From Patescibacteria group bacterium UBA6532 (GTDB taxonomy: Bacteria; Patescibacteriota; Minisyncoccia; Minisyncoccales; UBA6532), in assembly GCA_002434805.1 (NCBI GenBank), contig DJKW01000001.1, positions 87,985 through 148,151 on the forward strand: a stretch of DNA of 60,167 nt. Reading direction: 5' to 3'. Of the stretch, positions 8,526-18,454 are shown piece after piece. The position numbers were made by a program, and so were the translations under genes. The notes beneath the pieces are model-generated. The model was not told the DNA's origin and ran no database searches. It saw nothing but the letters and a program-made list of their open reading frames with translations. The stretch's first letter is position 1; each line of letters opens with the position of its first letter.

Positions 8526-9794
8526 TTAAGCTTTTACTCTTTTAATATCTGCTCCTAATTTTTTTAAACGTTCCTCAATTCTCTCATATCCCCTGTCAAC
8601 CTGGTAAATATTATTAATAGTAGTTTGACCCTTAGCAATAAGGCCGGCAATAATAAGGGCTGCTCCTCCCCTAAGATCATAACTATTCAATTCCCGTCCG
8701 TAAAGCTGGGTGGGACCGTTAACGATTGCTCGATGGGGATCGGCAAAATAGATTTCAGCTCCCATTTTATTTAATTCTTCGAGGTATTTCAGCCTTCCTT
8801 CGTAAAGAGGATCATGAATTAGGGTGGAACCTGGAGCCTGGGTTGCCAAGACTCCAAAAGCTGACTGAAGATCTGTAGGAAGACCGGGATAAGGAAGACT
8901 TTGAATTTTATCCATTTTTAAAGACTTGCGGGGAAAAACCTTTACTGAGTTGTCTTTTAAAATTTCAAAGGGAATTCCAAAATCCTTAAGCTTTTTAAAA
9001 AAGAATTCTAAATATTTTACTTCAACGTTTTTCACCAAAACTTTTCCTTTGGTGGCTGCTGCCATAAGGATAAAAGTGCCAGCTTCAATGGGATCTGCCA
9101 TTAAATAGTGCCTTGCCCCTTTTAGTTTTTTGCTGCCCTCAATTGAAATATTGTGAGTTCCCGCCCCCTTTATTCTTACTCCCATTTTCCTTAAAAATTT
9201 AGCCAGTTCTTGAACTTGATAATCAGAGTCAGCAATTTTAATATGCGTTTTGGCTGGTATGGAACTCGCAAAAATCATTATATTTTCTGTCCCTGTTACG
9301 CTAAATTCATTAAGAACGACTGTCCGATCTTTTGGTTTCTGGCGTAATTCAAATTCAAAGTTTTTATTTTTAGGTTTAATTTTCACTCCGAACTGGGAAA
9401 AAGCATCTAAATGAGTAGTAATGGGCCGAGCGCCAATTATACAGCCTCCTGGTTTGGGCAACTTTACTTTTCCAAATCTGCCCAATAAAGGTCCGATCAA
9501 AAGAACCGAACCCCGAAATATGCATACGAGGTCTTCTCTGACTTTAGAGGGATCTATGTCCTTAGCTCGAATCTTTAATGTTCTTTCCTCTACCCAAGAA
9601 ATATCAGCTCCCATTCCTTTTATAATTTCCACCATTCGAAAAACATCTTCAATCAAAGGCAGGTTCTCAATAATACACTCTTTCTTAGTTAAAAGAGAAG
9701 CAACTAAAATCGGAAAAGCGGCATTTTTCGCTCCTCTGGCTTCAATTTCTCCTGTTAAACATTTACCTCCTTGAATTACGAATTTCTCTGCCAT
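8526..9794 (-). CDS. murA: UDP-N-acetylglucosamine 1-carboxyvinyltransferase
   Basis: GAKNA, PGGCIIGARP (active-site Cys), PYPGLPTDLQ, DLRGG, DRGYE. Confidence 0.97.
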   Translation of the reverse strand: MAEKFVIQGGKCLTGEIEARGAKNAAFPILVASLLTKKECIIENLPLIEDVFRMVEIIKGMGADISWVEERTLKIRAKDIDPSKVREDLVCIFRGSVLLIGPLLGRFGKVKLPKPGGCIIGARPITTHLDAFSQFGVKIKPKNKNFEFELRQKPKDRTVVLNEFSVTGTENIMIFASSIPAKTHIKIADSDYQVQELAKFLRKMGVRIKGAGTHNISIEGSKKLKGARHYLMADPIEAGTFILMAAATKGKVLVKNVEVKYLEFFFKKLKDFGIPFEILKDNSVKVFPRKSLKMDKIQSLPYPGLPTDLQSAFGVLATQAPGSTLIHDPLYEGRLKYLEELNKMGAEIYFADPHRAIVNGPTQLYGRELNSYDLRGGAALIIAGLIAKGQTTINNIYQVDRGYERIEERLKKLGADIKRVKA

Positions 9795-9806
9795 ATTGTC
9801 TTATTT

Positions 9807-9835
9807 ATTCTAGATTAAAAAGCGGAAATTAGCAA
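9807..9835 (-). promoter_or_regulatory. sigma70 promoter of murA-mreB-holB
   Basis: TTGCTA-17 nt-TAGAAT ending 12 nt before the ATG. Confidence 0.55.
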
Positions 9836-9907
9836 ATAAAAAAACGGTTAAAGACAAACCGCAGGAATAATAAATTACGCCTAAACCGAGCTTAGAATGT
9901 AGTGATT

Positions 9908-11233
9908 TTACTCGTTTCTTTCGCCAAGAATAACTTCAATAGTTTTTTCTTCTCCCTCTTGAAGGATTTTTAAGGCTACTTTATCTCCGGGGTTGTATTT
10001 TTGGATAAATTTAGCTAAGGAATTATCCGGGGTAATTTTTTCTCCCCCGAATTCTAAAATAATGTCGTCCCGCTCAATTCCCGATTTTTCAGCAGCTGAA
10101 TCTGAAAATATGGCTTCAGTAGTATATTCTCCTGCGGCATTGCGTCCTATCCAGGCTCCGTAATCAACCGGAAGATCAAACTCTTCAGCCAGATTTTCCG
10201 TTATAAGGACGTAATATACTCCCAAGAAAGGATAAACTATCTTTCCCAGAGTTTTTACCTGCTCAATATCTCTCTTGGCTTTATTTACGGGAATAGCAAA
10301 GCCAATACTTTGAGCTCCCAAGACAGTGGCTGTATTTATCCCGATTACTTCTCCTTTAAGGTTCAAAAGAGGCCCTCCTGAGTTCCCTTTGTTAATAGCG
10401 GCATCTGTCTGAATAACATCTTCTATTGTTTCCACAAAACCTCCGCCGGAAGCCGTAATCGTCCTCCCCAGACCAGAAATCACCCCTACAGAAACCGTAT
10501 TCCTGAATTCTCCCAAGGCGTTGCCAATAGCAATGATAGTCTGGCCAATTTGCAATCCGGAGGAATCCCCCAACTTAACTACTGAAAATGGTTTTAGTTG
10601 AAATTCTCCGTCACTGTCTACTATCTTTTCTTTTTCAATCTTAAGAATGGCTAAATCCTGAAGCGGATCTTTAGCCAAAACCTTTGCCGGAAATTTACGG
10701 CCGTCTGTGGTAAAAATCGTATAATCTGCTTCTTCGTCTAAGACCACGTGCTTGTTGGTCAGAACCATTCCGTCTTCAGAAACCATAAAGCCGGTTCCCC
10801 CTCCGATTTCCTGCTTTTCAACGCCTTTTTGGCGATATTGGGGAATTTTAAATTCAAAAGGAGTGGGTCCGAAAAATTCTTCAAGTTCTTTAAAAGGATC
10901 TGCGTAATATTCTTCAATAATAGGAACGTCTTTGGTAATAATAATGCTTACTACGGCCGGAGAAAATTCTTTAACCACATTAATAATCGCCTCTTCCTGT
11001 GTGGTCTGGGGCTGATACTCAATAATCCTTTCCTTTTCTATTTTAACTAAGGGCTGGGGAAGTTCAATACTAACTCTCCCTAAGTAATCTCGTATTTGGG
11101 TATAAAAATAGCTGTCTAAAACTACACCGGCCAGAAAACCAGACAAGGAAGTAATCAAAACAATTAAAACAAGGAACCAAAAAATCCTGTCTTTTAATAT
11201 ATTCTTATTTTTTAGATTTCTTCTTTTTTTCAT
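9908..11233 (-). CDS. htrA: HtrA/DegP-family serine protease with TM anchor and PDZ domain
   Basis: LTNKHVV, DLAILK, QTDAAINKGNSGGPL; ATG start chosen over the upstream TTG. Confidence 0.93.
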   Translation of the reverse strand: MKKRRNLKNKNILKDRIFWFLVLIVLITSLSGFLAGVVLDSYFYTQIRDYLGRVSIELPQPLVKIEKERIIEYQPQTTQEEAIINVVKEFSPAVVSIIITKDVPIIEEYYADPFKELEEFFGPTPFEFKIPQYRQKGVEKQEIGGGTGFMVSEDGMVLTNKHVVLDEEADYTIFTTDGRKFPAKVLAKDPLQDLAILKIEKEKIVDSDGEFQLKPFSVVKLGDSSGLQIGQTIIAIGNALGEFRNTVSVGVISGLGRTITASGGGFVETIEDVIQTDAAINKGNSGGPLLNLKGEVIGINTATVLGAQSIGFAIPVNKAKRDIEQVKTLGKIVYPFLGVYYVLITENLAEEFDLPVDYGAWIGRNAAGEYTTEAIFSDSAAEKSGIERDDIILEFGGEKITPDNSLAKFIQKYNPGDKVALKILQEGEEKTIEVILGERNE

Positions 11234-11609
11234 AATCTTCAATTGCTGCTTTTAAGCCTTGTTGGGCCAAAACACAACAATGTATTTTCTGGGGAGGCAT
11301 GTTGCCAAGCTTGTCGGCAATATCTTGAAATCCCACCTTAAGAGCTTCTTTAAAAGTTTTTCCTTTAGCCAAATCGCAAATCATATCAGAGGTGGATATT
11401 GCAGCTGCGCACCCAAGAGTTCTGAACTTAATGTCTTTGATAACTTCTTTATTCTTTTTCTTTTCAACCTTAATAAAAAGCTCCATAAGATCGCCGCATT
11501 TCATATTGCCAACCTTCCCCACTCCGTCAGCATCCTTAATAACCCCGAGATTTCTGGGGTGCATAAAACGTTCGATGACTTTTTTTGAATAATAAGGTCT
11601 TTGAACCAT
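11205..11609 (-). CDS. iscU: Fe-S cluster scaffold IscU/NifU-N
   Basis: GNMKCGD, GCAAAI, KIHCCVLA. Confidence 0.93.
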   Translation of the reverse strand: MVQRPYYSKKVIERFMHPRNLGVIKDADGVGKVGNMKCGDLMELFIKVEKKKNKEVIKDIKFRTLGCAAAISTSDMICDLAKGKTFKEALKVGFQDIADKLGNMPPQKIHCCVLAQQGLKAAIEDYEKKKKSKK

Positions 11610-11613
11610 AATT

Positions 11614-12789
11614 TTATCTTATCCCTGATATTTTTCTAAGCCTTTCGACAATGGAAGGCAAAATCTTTAAAACTTTGTTTATTTCTTCTTCAGTAGTATA
11701 TTTCCCCAAACTTAATCTTAAACTGCCGTGAGCTTCCTCATCTGACATCCCAAGAGCTAAAAGAACATGAGATGGTTCCAGGCTTTTAGCCGAACAAGCA
11801 GATCCTGTGGAAGCAGCCACTCCTTTCTGGTCTAAAGCAATAACGATAGCCTCCCCTTCAGCTCCCCTAAAACTAAGGTTAATGTTGTTGGGAAGACGCA
11901 AGTCTTTGGATCCATTTAATTTAACATCTGAAATTCTTTTAAAAACTCCTTTAATTAATTTATCCCTTAACTGTCTGATTTTAATATTTTTAATTTTAGT
12001 TCTAGGGTTTTGAATTTCAGCAACAGCCGCTCCAAAACCGACAATTCCAGCTACATTTTCAGTCCCTGACCTCAATCCTCCTTCCTGCCCTCCCCCATAA
12101 ATTAAAGGTTTAACCGGAGTTCCTCTCTTAACGTAAAGGAGGCCCACCCCTTTGGGCCCGTAAATTTTATGGGAACTCAAAGTTAAAAGATCTACGCCCA
12201 ATTTCTCTACCTTGCAATCTAGGTAATTTGCCGCCTGAACGGCATCGGTATGAAAATAAATTTTATTTTTTCTTTCCTGACTATTAGCTTTTTTAATTAT
12301 GCTTCCAATCTCTTTAATGGGTTGAATGGTGCCAATTTCATTATTGGCATAGATTATAGAAGCTAAAATCGTGTTGGGCTTTATTGCTTTTTTGAAATCA
12401 GAAGCATTAACAATCCCTTCTCTGTCCACCGGCAGATAGGTTACTTCAGCTAATCCTTTTTTTCCTAGGACTTGGCAGAGTTCCCATACTGCATGATGCT
12501 CAACGCTTGAAGTGATAATATGGGGATTTTCCTTTTTAATAATTCCCTGAATGGCAAGATTATCGGCTTCGGTAGCCGATCCCGTGAAGATAATTTCTTG
12601 GGGTTGACATCCCAGAAAATCAGCTGCTTCTTCTCTGGCCCGGTCAATGCCAGCTCTCGATATTTGTCCCAGCTGGTGAATAGAGGAAGCGTTGCCAAAA
12701 TCTTTTCTAAGATAAGGCAGCATTGCCGAAAGAACTTTCGGATCAATCGGAGTAGTTGCCGTATAGTCAAAGTAAACTTTTATTGGCAT
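11614..12789 (-). CDS. iscS: cysteine desulfurase IscS/NifS
   Basis: YFDYTATTP, HTDAVQA, SSHKIYGPKG, STGSACS. Confidence 0.95.
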   Translation of the reverse strand: MPIKVYFDYTATTPIDPKVLSAMLPYLRKDFGNASSIHQLGQISRAGIDRAREEAADFLGCQPQEIIFTGSATEADNLAIQGIIKKENPHIITSSVEHHAVWELCQVLGKKGLAEVTYLPVDREGIVNASDFKKAIKPNTILASIIYANNEIGTIQPIKEIGSIIKKANSQERKNKIYFHTDAVQAANYLDCKVEKLGVDLLTLSSHKIYGPKGVGLLYVKRGTPVKPLIYGGGQEGGLRSGTENVAGIVGFGAAVAEIQNPRTKIKNIKIRQLRDKLIKGVFKRISDVKLNGSKDLRLPNNINLSFRGAEGEAIVIALDQKGVAASTGSACSAKSLEPSHVLLALGMSDEEAHGSLRLSLGKYTTEEEINKVLKILPSIVERLRKISGIR

Positions 12790-12793
12790 AATC

Positions 12794-13594
12794 TTATAAA
12801 ATCTTGGTTTTTAGTAATCTTTTTATTTTCTTAAAATTCTTGTAATTTCCTTTATTTAATTCAATATCGTTATAATGATCAAAGCGATATTCAAAAAATC
12901 CATTTTTAAAAATCTCTAATTTTTTCTCGCCTAAACCTATAAGGAGCCAATTTAAAATATAGAGGAAGGCCGGTTTTATCCATTTGTCTTGTTCAAATCG
13001 CCTGATAGACCAGCCGATCCTAACCGATCTTAAAATCCCAAATTTTGCCAGCTTGGCTGCTTTTTTAGTATAGATATGGTCTTCGCCTAATTTTACATTT
13101 TCATTAAAACCTCCTATTCTATTATGAATACTTTTCTTTATAAGAATCATTGACCCGACGCCCAAAGGAGCTGTCTTTTCAAACATAAGCATTAAATAAT
13201 TTGTAAATTCAAATAAATATTCCAGTTGTTTCTTGCTCAAAACTTCACTTTTTCCGAAAGGCATTAGCCGGCAAGAAGCAATGCTTAAATTCTTTTTATT
13301 AAATTCTTTTAAAGCATCTCTTAAGAAATTTTTATTGGGCAGGTTTATGTCCGCATCCAGAAACAATAATAAATTCCCTTTGGCAGCTTTAACTCCTTCA
13401 TTCCTGCCTTTAGCCGGTAAGCCTCCTGAAACAACTTTAGAACCGTAATTTTCGGCAATCTCAATGGTTTTATCTTTTGAACCGGCATCCGAGACAATCA
13501 CTTCAAAATCCTTAAAACTCTGGTCTTTTAAAGACTTCAAAAGCCCTGGCAAATACTTCTCTTCGTTTAAAGTTGGAATAATAATGCTTAACAT
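12794..13594 (-). CDS. glycosyltransferase family 2
   Basis: LSIIIPTLNEE, DAGSKD, LFLDAD, GGFNE..ED. Confidence 0.92.
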   Translation of the reverse strand: MLSIIIPTLNEEKYLPGLLKSLKDQSFKDFEVIVSDAGSKDKTIEIAENYGSKVVSGGLPAKGRNEGVKAAKGNLLLFLDADINLPNKNFLRDALKEFNKKNLSIASCRLMPFGKSEVLSKKQLEYLFEFTNYLMLMFEKTAPLGVGSMILIKKSIHNRIGGFNENVKLGEDHIYTKKAAKLAKFGILRSVRIGWSIRRFEQDKWIKPAFLYILNWLLIGLGEKKLEIFKNGFFEYRFDHYNDIELNKGNYKNFKKIKRLLKTKIL

Positions 13595-13615
13595 GGCTAT
13601 TTTAACAATTATAAT

Positions 13616-14638
13616 TCATTTTATCAAAATTTCATTTTTAAAACTAGGGAACAATTTTCTTGCCTCATTCCATATTTCAGGCTGATCTTGTTTTTCCTTC
13701 ATCCAAAACCACCATTCGGCTCCCCATAAATAAAATTCATCGAGACCGGTTTTTTTGGCAAAATCAATATTTCTTTTAAATTGGTCTAAATTCATGGTTT
13801 TTTGCTGCTCATTTAAAGGCGAATCGTAAAGCAGGGTCGGACCCCAGGGTTCTGTCTGAAGCTCCACTACCATCACTTTTTTCTCAAGCATCTTTTCGAC
13901 AGTCTTGGCTTTTAGCCAATAAAAGAGAGGTGAGAAAGGATATTTTAGATATCTTTCAAATTGAGAAATCCAAACAATCTTATACATCGTAATTCCAACC
14001 ATATCTCCAATTTTTGCCTCTCTTATCCAGAAAGACCATTCCCCGCTACCAGAAATAACAACTGGTTTTTCAGGATCAAGCTTTTTAACTAAAGCAATTT
14101 CTTTTCCTAAAAGTTCTTCATCTGGCGGCCAAGGACATTCTCCAAACTTCAAAAACGGCTCATTCTCTACCTGCCAGGCCCAAATAGCCGGCGAATCCTT
14201 ATACCTGTTAACCAAGGTCTCAATGTACTTTAGCAAGCTTTGAGATTTGAGCTCTGCGCTTTGAGCTTTGACCCATTCTGGCTCGTGGCACTCGGGCCAA
14301 CGAGGAGTTTTTATTCCAATTACCAAAAAAACCTTAACTCCTTTTTCTTCTGCTTTTTTTATCTGCCAATCTAAATCTTCAAAGTCAAGCTTCCCTTCCT
14401 TTGGTTCGATTAAATCCCAGTAAGTGATGAGCTTTAAATTTCTGACTGAAAGATCGTCAAGCAAAGCCGAATAGGTATTCTGCCAGTCCAAGCCCAAAGA
14501 TTCAGCGTGCTTTTGAGAAAAGTTAACCCCCCAGGTTATCTCTTTGGCTTTGGGAGCCAAACCAAAAAGAAAATCGCCGGCAAAAATTATTGATACAGTA
14601 ATTAAAACTAATAAAAGTTTTTTAAGGTTTTTTTTCAC
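13616..14638 (-). CDS. membrane-anchored or exported clan GH-A glycoside hydrolase (GH35/GH42/GH5-like)
   Basis: N-terminal hydrophobic anchor; WDLIEPKEG.DF..LD, AWQVENEP (acid/base), VVELQTEPW. Confidence 0.78.
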   Translation of the reverse strand: MKKNLKKLLLVLITVSIIFAGDFLFGLAPKAKEITWGVNFSQKHAESLGLDWQNTYSALLDDLSVRNLKLITYWDLIEPKEGKLDFEDLDWQIKKAEEKGVKVFLVIGIKTPRWPECHEPEWVKAQSAELKSQSLLKYIETLVNRYKDSPAIWAWQVENEPFLKFGECPWPPDEELLGKEIALVKKLDPEKPVVISGSGEWSFWIREAKIGDMVGITMYKIVWISQFERYLKYPFSPLFYWLKAKTVEKMLEKKVMVVELQTEPWGPTLLYDSPLNEQQKTMNLDQFKRNIDFAKKTGLDEFYLWGAEWWFWMKEKQDQPEIWNEARKLFPSFKNEILIK

Positions 14639-14644
14639 TTTTAC

Positions 14645-15568
14645 TTAAAAAGCTAAAAGAATTAAACCTAATCCAATAATAGATATGGCAATTATCTTTT
14701 GGATTATAATTTTAACTGAAATTTCTTCCTTTAAAATTTGAGGGAATTTCCAGGAAAGGAAAACCGTTAAAATAAATAAAAATACGTACTCTATCCCCGA
14801 TAAGGCATTAATAAAAGCAAGGAATCCAAAAGGAACCAAGGCGATAGCAAAACTCTGAAGACCAATTCCAATAGAACCAAAGGATTTGTTTAAAAGAAAG
14901 ATAGCTATCGTTTTTTTGTTATCTCCAACCTTTTTCTTCAAACCAATCTTACTTTTAACTTTGCTGATCTCTTGGCGAACCTCTTTAAAAAAGAGGAAAA
15001 ATAAAGAAGCCAATGCCCAACTAGTGTTTATCCAAATAAAGCCCGACCAAAAGGGCTGGCCAGAATAAACTAACTTTGCCAGGACAAAAAATAAAGAAAA
15101 GAAAAAGGCAATGATTGCCGCTGCCCGAAAGCTTTGGAAAGTTACTAGCTTTTTTTTCTCAAGAGTAATTAAGACACTTCCTAAAATTAGAAAAACAAAG
15201 GCCAAGACATCCCTTCTTCCTAAAATTTCTTGGCTTAAAAAATAACTTAAAACAAGAGTAAAGACGGGTAAAATTCCTCCAAAAGCCGGAATTACTCGAG
15301 AAACTTCAAACTTCCGAAGAGATTCGTAAATAAAAAAAACTGCAATAACAGAAGAAATTCCAGCTCCCAAACTAAAAGCGATCTGCTTGAAACCGGGGTT
15401 TATTAAAAATCCCAAAGGAATTAAAAATAGGGTTGAAAAACCCAAAATCCCGGTATAAAATGAGTAAATCTTGGAACTGGGAATCGGCCCCTTTAAAAGA
15501 TACTGGTCAATAATAGCAACAAAGGCAAAAAGCAAATAAGAGATGGTAACAAATATTATCCAAATCAT
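14645..15568 (-). CDS. DMT/EamA-family transporter
   Basis: About 10 hydrophobic helices in two repeats; ESLRKFEVSRVIP, FLSQEIL. Confidence 0.75.
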   Translation of the reverse strand: MIWIIFVTISYLLFAFVAIIDQYLLKGPIPSSKIYSFYTGILGFSTLFLIPLGFLINPGFKQIAFSLGAGISSVIAVFFIYESLRKFEVSRVIPAFGGILPVFTLVLSYFLSQEILGRRDVLAFVFLILGSVLITLEKKKLVTFQSFRAAAIIAFFFSLFFVLAKLVYSGQPFWSGFIWINTSWALASLFFLFFKEVRQEISKVKSKIGLKKKVGDNKKTIAIFLLNKSFGSIGIGLQSFAIALVPFGFLAFINALSGIEYVFLFILTVFLSWKFPQILKEEISVKIIIQKIIAISIIGLGLILLAF

Positions 15569-16872
15569 AATTTCTTTGAGATTATCTTTTCAATTTCCAG
15601 GGTTCCATACTTTTCTCCTTCAATGAATCCTCCCATAGCAGCTTTAGCCAACCTTCCACTGTTTAAAAAATCAAAAAGCCATTCTGTCGTATAATTTGGG
15701 TTTTCCTGTACTATTCCCGAACCCAGCTTAATAATCCACTTTTTATTAAAATCTTCCTGATAGCCAATAGTGGGAGCTATAATAATAGGCAGCCCTAAGC
15801 CAGAATAAAAAGAAAGCTCTGATGGTTTAGTCCAGAGAATATCGGTCTTCCTTAGCTTCAGGTTGAATTCTTTAAAGTAATCCTCAATAGTATCGGTAAA
15901 GAGAACTTCAATATTTTTATCTAAGTATTTCTCAAGCCCGAGTTTTTTAATATTCTTTATAAAATATTCTTTTACTTTTTCTTTAATGCCGGCCACCAAG
16001 ATCACTTTGATTTTCCCGTCTTTAATCTTCTTAGCTAAACTTCTTACTGCTTTTATCCCTATCTCTTTTTGGGCTCCCGCTCCCCCAACGGCAAACATTA
16101 AAGTTAAGGGATGGTCTGGGCTTTTGGGCAAATCCCCTAGATATTCTTTCACTAAAACTCTGTATTTTTTGAGATATTTTTTCTTGGGATCAAGATTTAA
16201 AATCCTATGCCTTAAATCATCTTTTAAAATATCCGATTGCTTGTTCCCGATATTTTCTAAGGGCAAAGGGTAACCGGTAAGAAATATGTTTTTTTCTTTC
16301 ACTCCATAAAGCTTCAACCTTTCAACCACCCGGGAATTTGGAGCAAAGTATTGAATTTTACTTTTTTTGGGATCTAAGGAAACCCAGGGTCTTGCAATAT
16401 CAGCATCACAAATAACGCAGTAAATTTTTCCCGGATACTTAAAGATCTCCGCCATAAAAGCGGGAATAAAAAAGGTAGTTACCAATGGCAAGCGCCTCTC
16501 TTTTAGCTTTTTAATTAAATGCCTTCCCCAGCCTTTTTTAATTAAAGAAATTTCGTACTTTAAAGCCAGACTTGGTTTGGATAAATCCCTTTTTGGATAA
16601 AAGCTTTGAATTTTTTGAAATTCATTAAAAATTGAAAAAGCGGCTTCGCCGATAAAAGGAATCTTTTTGAACCGGGAAATAAATTCATAGCCCCTTCTAT
16701 TGTTTTCCCAATCCTTTCGATCTTTTTCCAGAATCCCCTTATAGTTATTGGCATTAATAATTTCTCCTCCAAAAGCCAAATGCTTCAAAGGATAAGCAGT
16801 TCTTTGGTGGCCATAGCCCATATTTACATCAACTATCCACGCCTGCCCAAATTTTCCATTCTTCTTTTTCAT
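15565..16872 (-). CDS. GT-B glycosyltransferase, MGDG-synthase/UgtP (GT28)-like
   Basis: MGYGHQR, TGYPL, GGAG, WTKPSE, GLPIII.P.GYQEDFN pattern. Confidence 0.65.
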   Translation of the reverse strand: MKKKNGKFGQAWIVDVNMGYGHQRTAYPLKHLAFGGEIINANNYKGILEKDRKDWENNRRGYEFISRFKKIPFIGEAAFSIFNEFQKIQSFYPKRDLSKPSLALKYEISLIKKGWGRHLIKKLKERRLPLVTTFFIPAFMAEIFKYPGKIYCVICDADIARPWVSLDPKKSKIQYFAPNSRVVERLKLYGVKEKNIFLTGYPLPLENIGNKQSDILKDDLRHRILNLDPKKKYLKKYRVLVKEYLGDLPKSPDHPLTLMFAVGGAGAQKEIGIKAVRSLAKKIKDGKIKVILVAGIKEKVKEYFIKNIKKLGLEKYLDKNIEVLFTDTIEDYFKEFNLKLRKTDILWTKPSELSFYSGLGLPIIIAPTIGYQEDFNKKWIIKLGSGIVQENPNYTTEWLFDFLNSGRLAKAAMGGFIEGEKYGTLEIEKIISKKL

Positions 16873-16878
16873 AAATTC

Positions 16879-16887
16879 ATTATATCA
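16879..16887 (-). promoter_or_regulatory. extended -10 promoter, leaderless geometry
   Basis: TGaTATAAT exactly 6 nt before the ATG at 16872. Confidence 0.6.
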
Positions 16888-16924
16888 TTATGCGCTTTAA
16901 CTTAAAACTTGGATTAGCTGAGTC

Positions 16925-18403
16925 TTAGGGGGTGAGAATTTTGAATTCCTGTTTTTGGCTTAAGCGCCAGGCAATATATCCCAAAACCAAAAAAGATATT
17001 ATCAGCCAAATCCAGTGAACATTCTCTATGGTTAAAGAAGCAAAAGGAAGCCTGCTGAATAAATCAACGATCTTCATTAGGTAAGTTAAAAGCAGCCAGC
17101 TTGGAAAAGATAAAATCTGGCCTAAAGAACTCCAAACGATTCCGACTATGCCAAATAAAAATCCCAAGCCGAAAATGTAAGGAAGAAGAGGCAATATTAA
17201 AGCGTTAGTAAGAGGGGCAATCAAGGAAATCCGGCCAAAGTTAAAAACTAAAATTGGCAGGGTAAATATTTGAGCTGCCAAGGTCATAGAAATAATGCTC
17301 CTCATTCCAAAAAACTTTTCTTCTGGAATTATCTTTAACCCTTTTTTTATAACCGGACCTAAATAAATAATTCCCATAACAGCTAAAAAGGAAAGCTGAA
17401 AGCCAACGTCATGCAACAAAAGCAAAGGATTTACAGCCAGCATTAAAGCTGCAGCAAAAACAATAGCCCGGGAAGATTCTTTAAGGCGGCCGGCCATCTG
17501 GGCAAAAAGAAAAAGAAAGATAAAAATTCCGGCCCGTACACCGGAAGCTGGCAAACCCACCATAATAATAAATAAAAACAATAGGGCCAGAGTCAAATAA
17601 AAGGAGTGCTTGCGCCAAAAACCCAACGAGAGAAAAATCTGCATTAAGGCAAGAGAGAGTATGGTAATGTGCATGCCGGAAATGGCAGTAATATGGCGAA
17701 CTCCAGCAATATTCAGCTTATCTTTCAGCTCATCTGACATTCTTCTTTTGTCCCCCAAAATCATGGCTCCCAAAATTGAACTTTGAGGCGGAGATAAAGA
17801 GCTGTAAATACTTTCCCTTAATTTATCTTTAAATCTTAGAATTCGGGCATAGATTATATTGGTAGAACTTATGTAATTTCCCCTTTCTAAGAGTTCAATT
17901 TGGGGCCAATAAAGAACAGAATATATTCCCTCTTTAGCTAAGTAGTCTTTGTAATTAAAGTCTTCAAATTCCAAAGGAGTCATTAATTTACCAATGATTC
18001 TTACCTGGTCTCCGTATTGATATTGAGGATAGCGATTTATAGTCACCAAAACCTTTCCTTGTTCGGTCTTAACGGTTAACTTCGTATTATTATTTCGAAT
18101 ATCAGGCTCTCTTACCACTGTCCCAACCAGAGTAACAACCTTTTCATTATCATTATACTTTCTTAATTCGTTGTCTTGAATTCCCCGCTCTACTTGCTGG
18201 TGGCGCAAAACCCCCGCTACCAAAAGCAACAAGCAAAAGCCAACTACGACAGATTTTTTACGATTCCAAAATACGCTTATTAAAATTATCCCTAAAATCA
18301 AAAATCCCAGTATAAAAAGCTGGGAGACAAAAAATATTGAACTCAAAAAAATTCCTGAAACAAAAGAAATAGCAAGATAGAGAAAGACAGTGGATTTTTT
18401 CAT
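16925..18403 (-). CDS. comEC: ComEC/Rec2 DNA uptake channel (OB + competence domains, no MBL domain)
   Basis: GVRHITAISGMHI, ASGVRAGI, NPLLLLHDVGFQLSFLAV; ends after the TM region. Confidence 0.93.
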   Translation of the reverse strand: MKKSTVFLYLAISFVSGIFLSSIFFVSQLFILGFLILGIILISVFWNRKKSVVVGFCLLLLVAGVLRHQQVERGIQDNELRKYNDNEKVVTLVGTVVREPDIRNNNTKLTVKTEQGKVLVTINRYPQYQYGDQVRIIGKLMTPLEFEDFNYKDYLAKEGIYSVLYWPQIELLERGNYISSTNIIYARILRFKDKLRESIYSSLSPPQSSILGAMILGDKRRMSDELKDKLNIAGVRHITAISGMHITILSLALMQIFLSLGFWRKHSFYLTLALLFLFIIMVGLPASGVRAGIFIFLFLFAQMAGRLKESSRAIVFAAALMLAVNPLLLLHDVGFQLSFLAVMGIIYLGPVIKKGLKIIPEEKFFGMRSIISMTLAAQIFTLPILVFNFGRISLIAPLTNALILPLLPYIFGLGFLFGIVGIVWSSLGQILSFPSWLLLTYLMKIVDLFSRLPFASLTIENVHWIWLIISFLVLGYIAWRLSQKQEFKILTP

Positions 18404-18454
18404 AAAAAATAGCTTGTCAATAAAGCTATAAAAACTTAACTTAGTTAAGTTTGG

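Noticed and set aside
18415..18420. Perfect TTGACA upstream of comEC
   Set aside because: It is only 11 nt from the ATG and has no correctly spaced -10.
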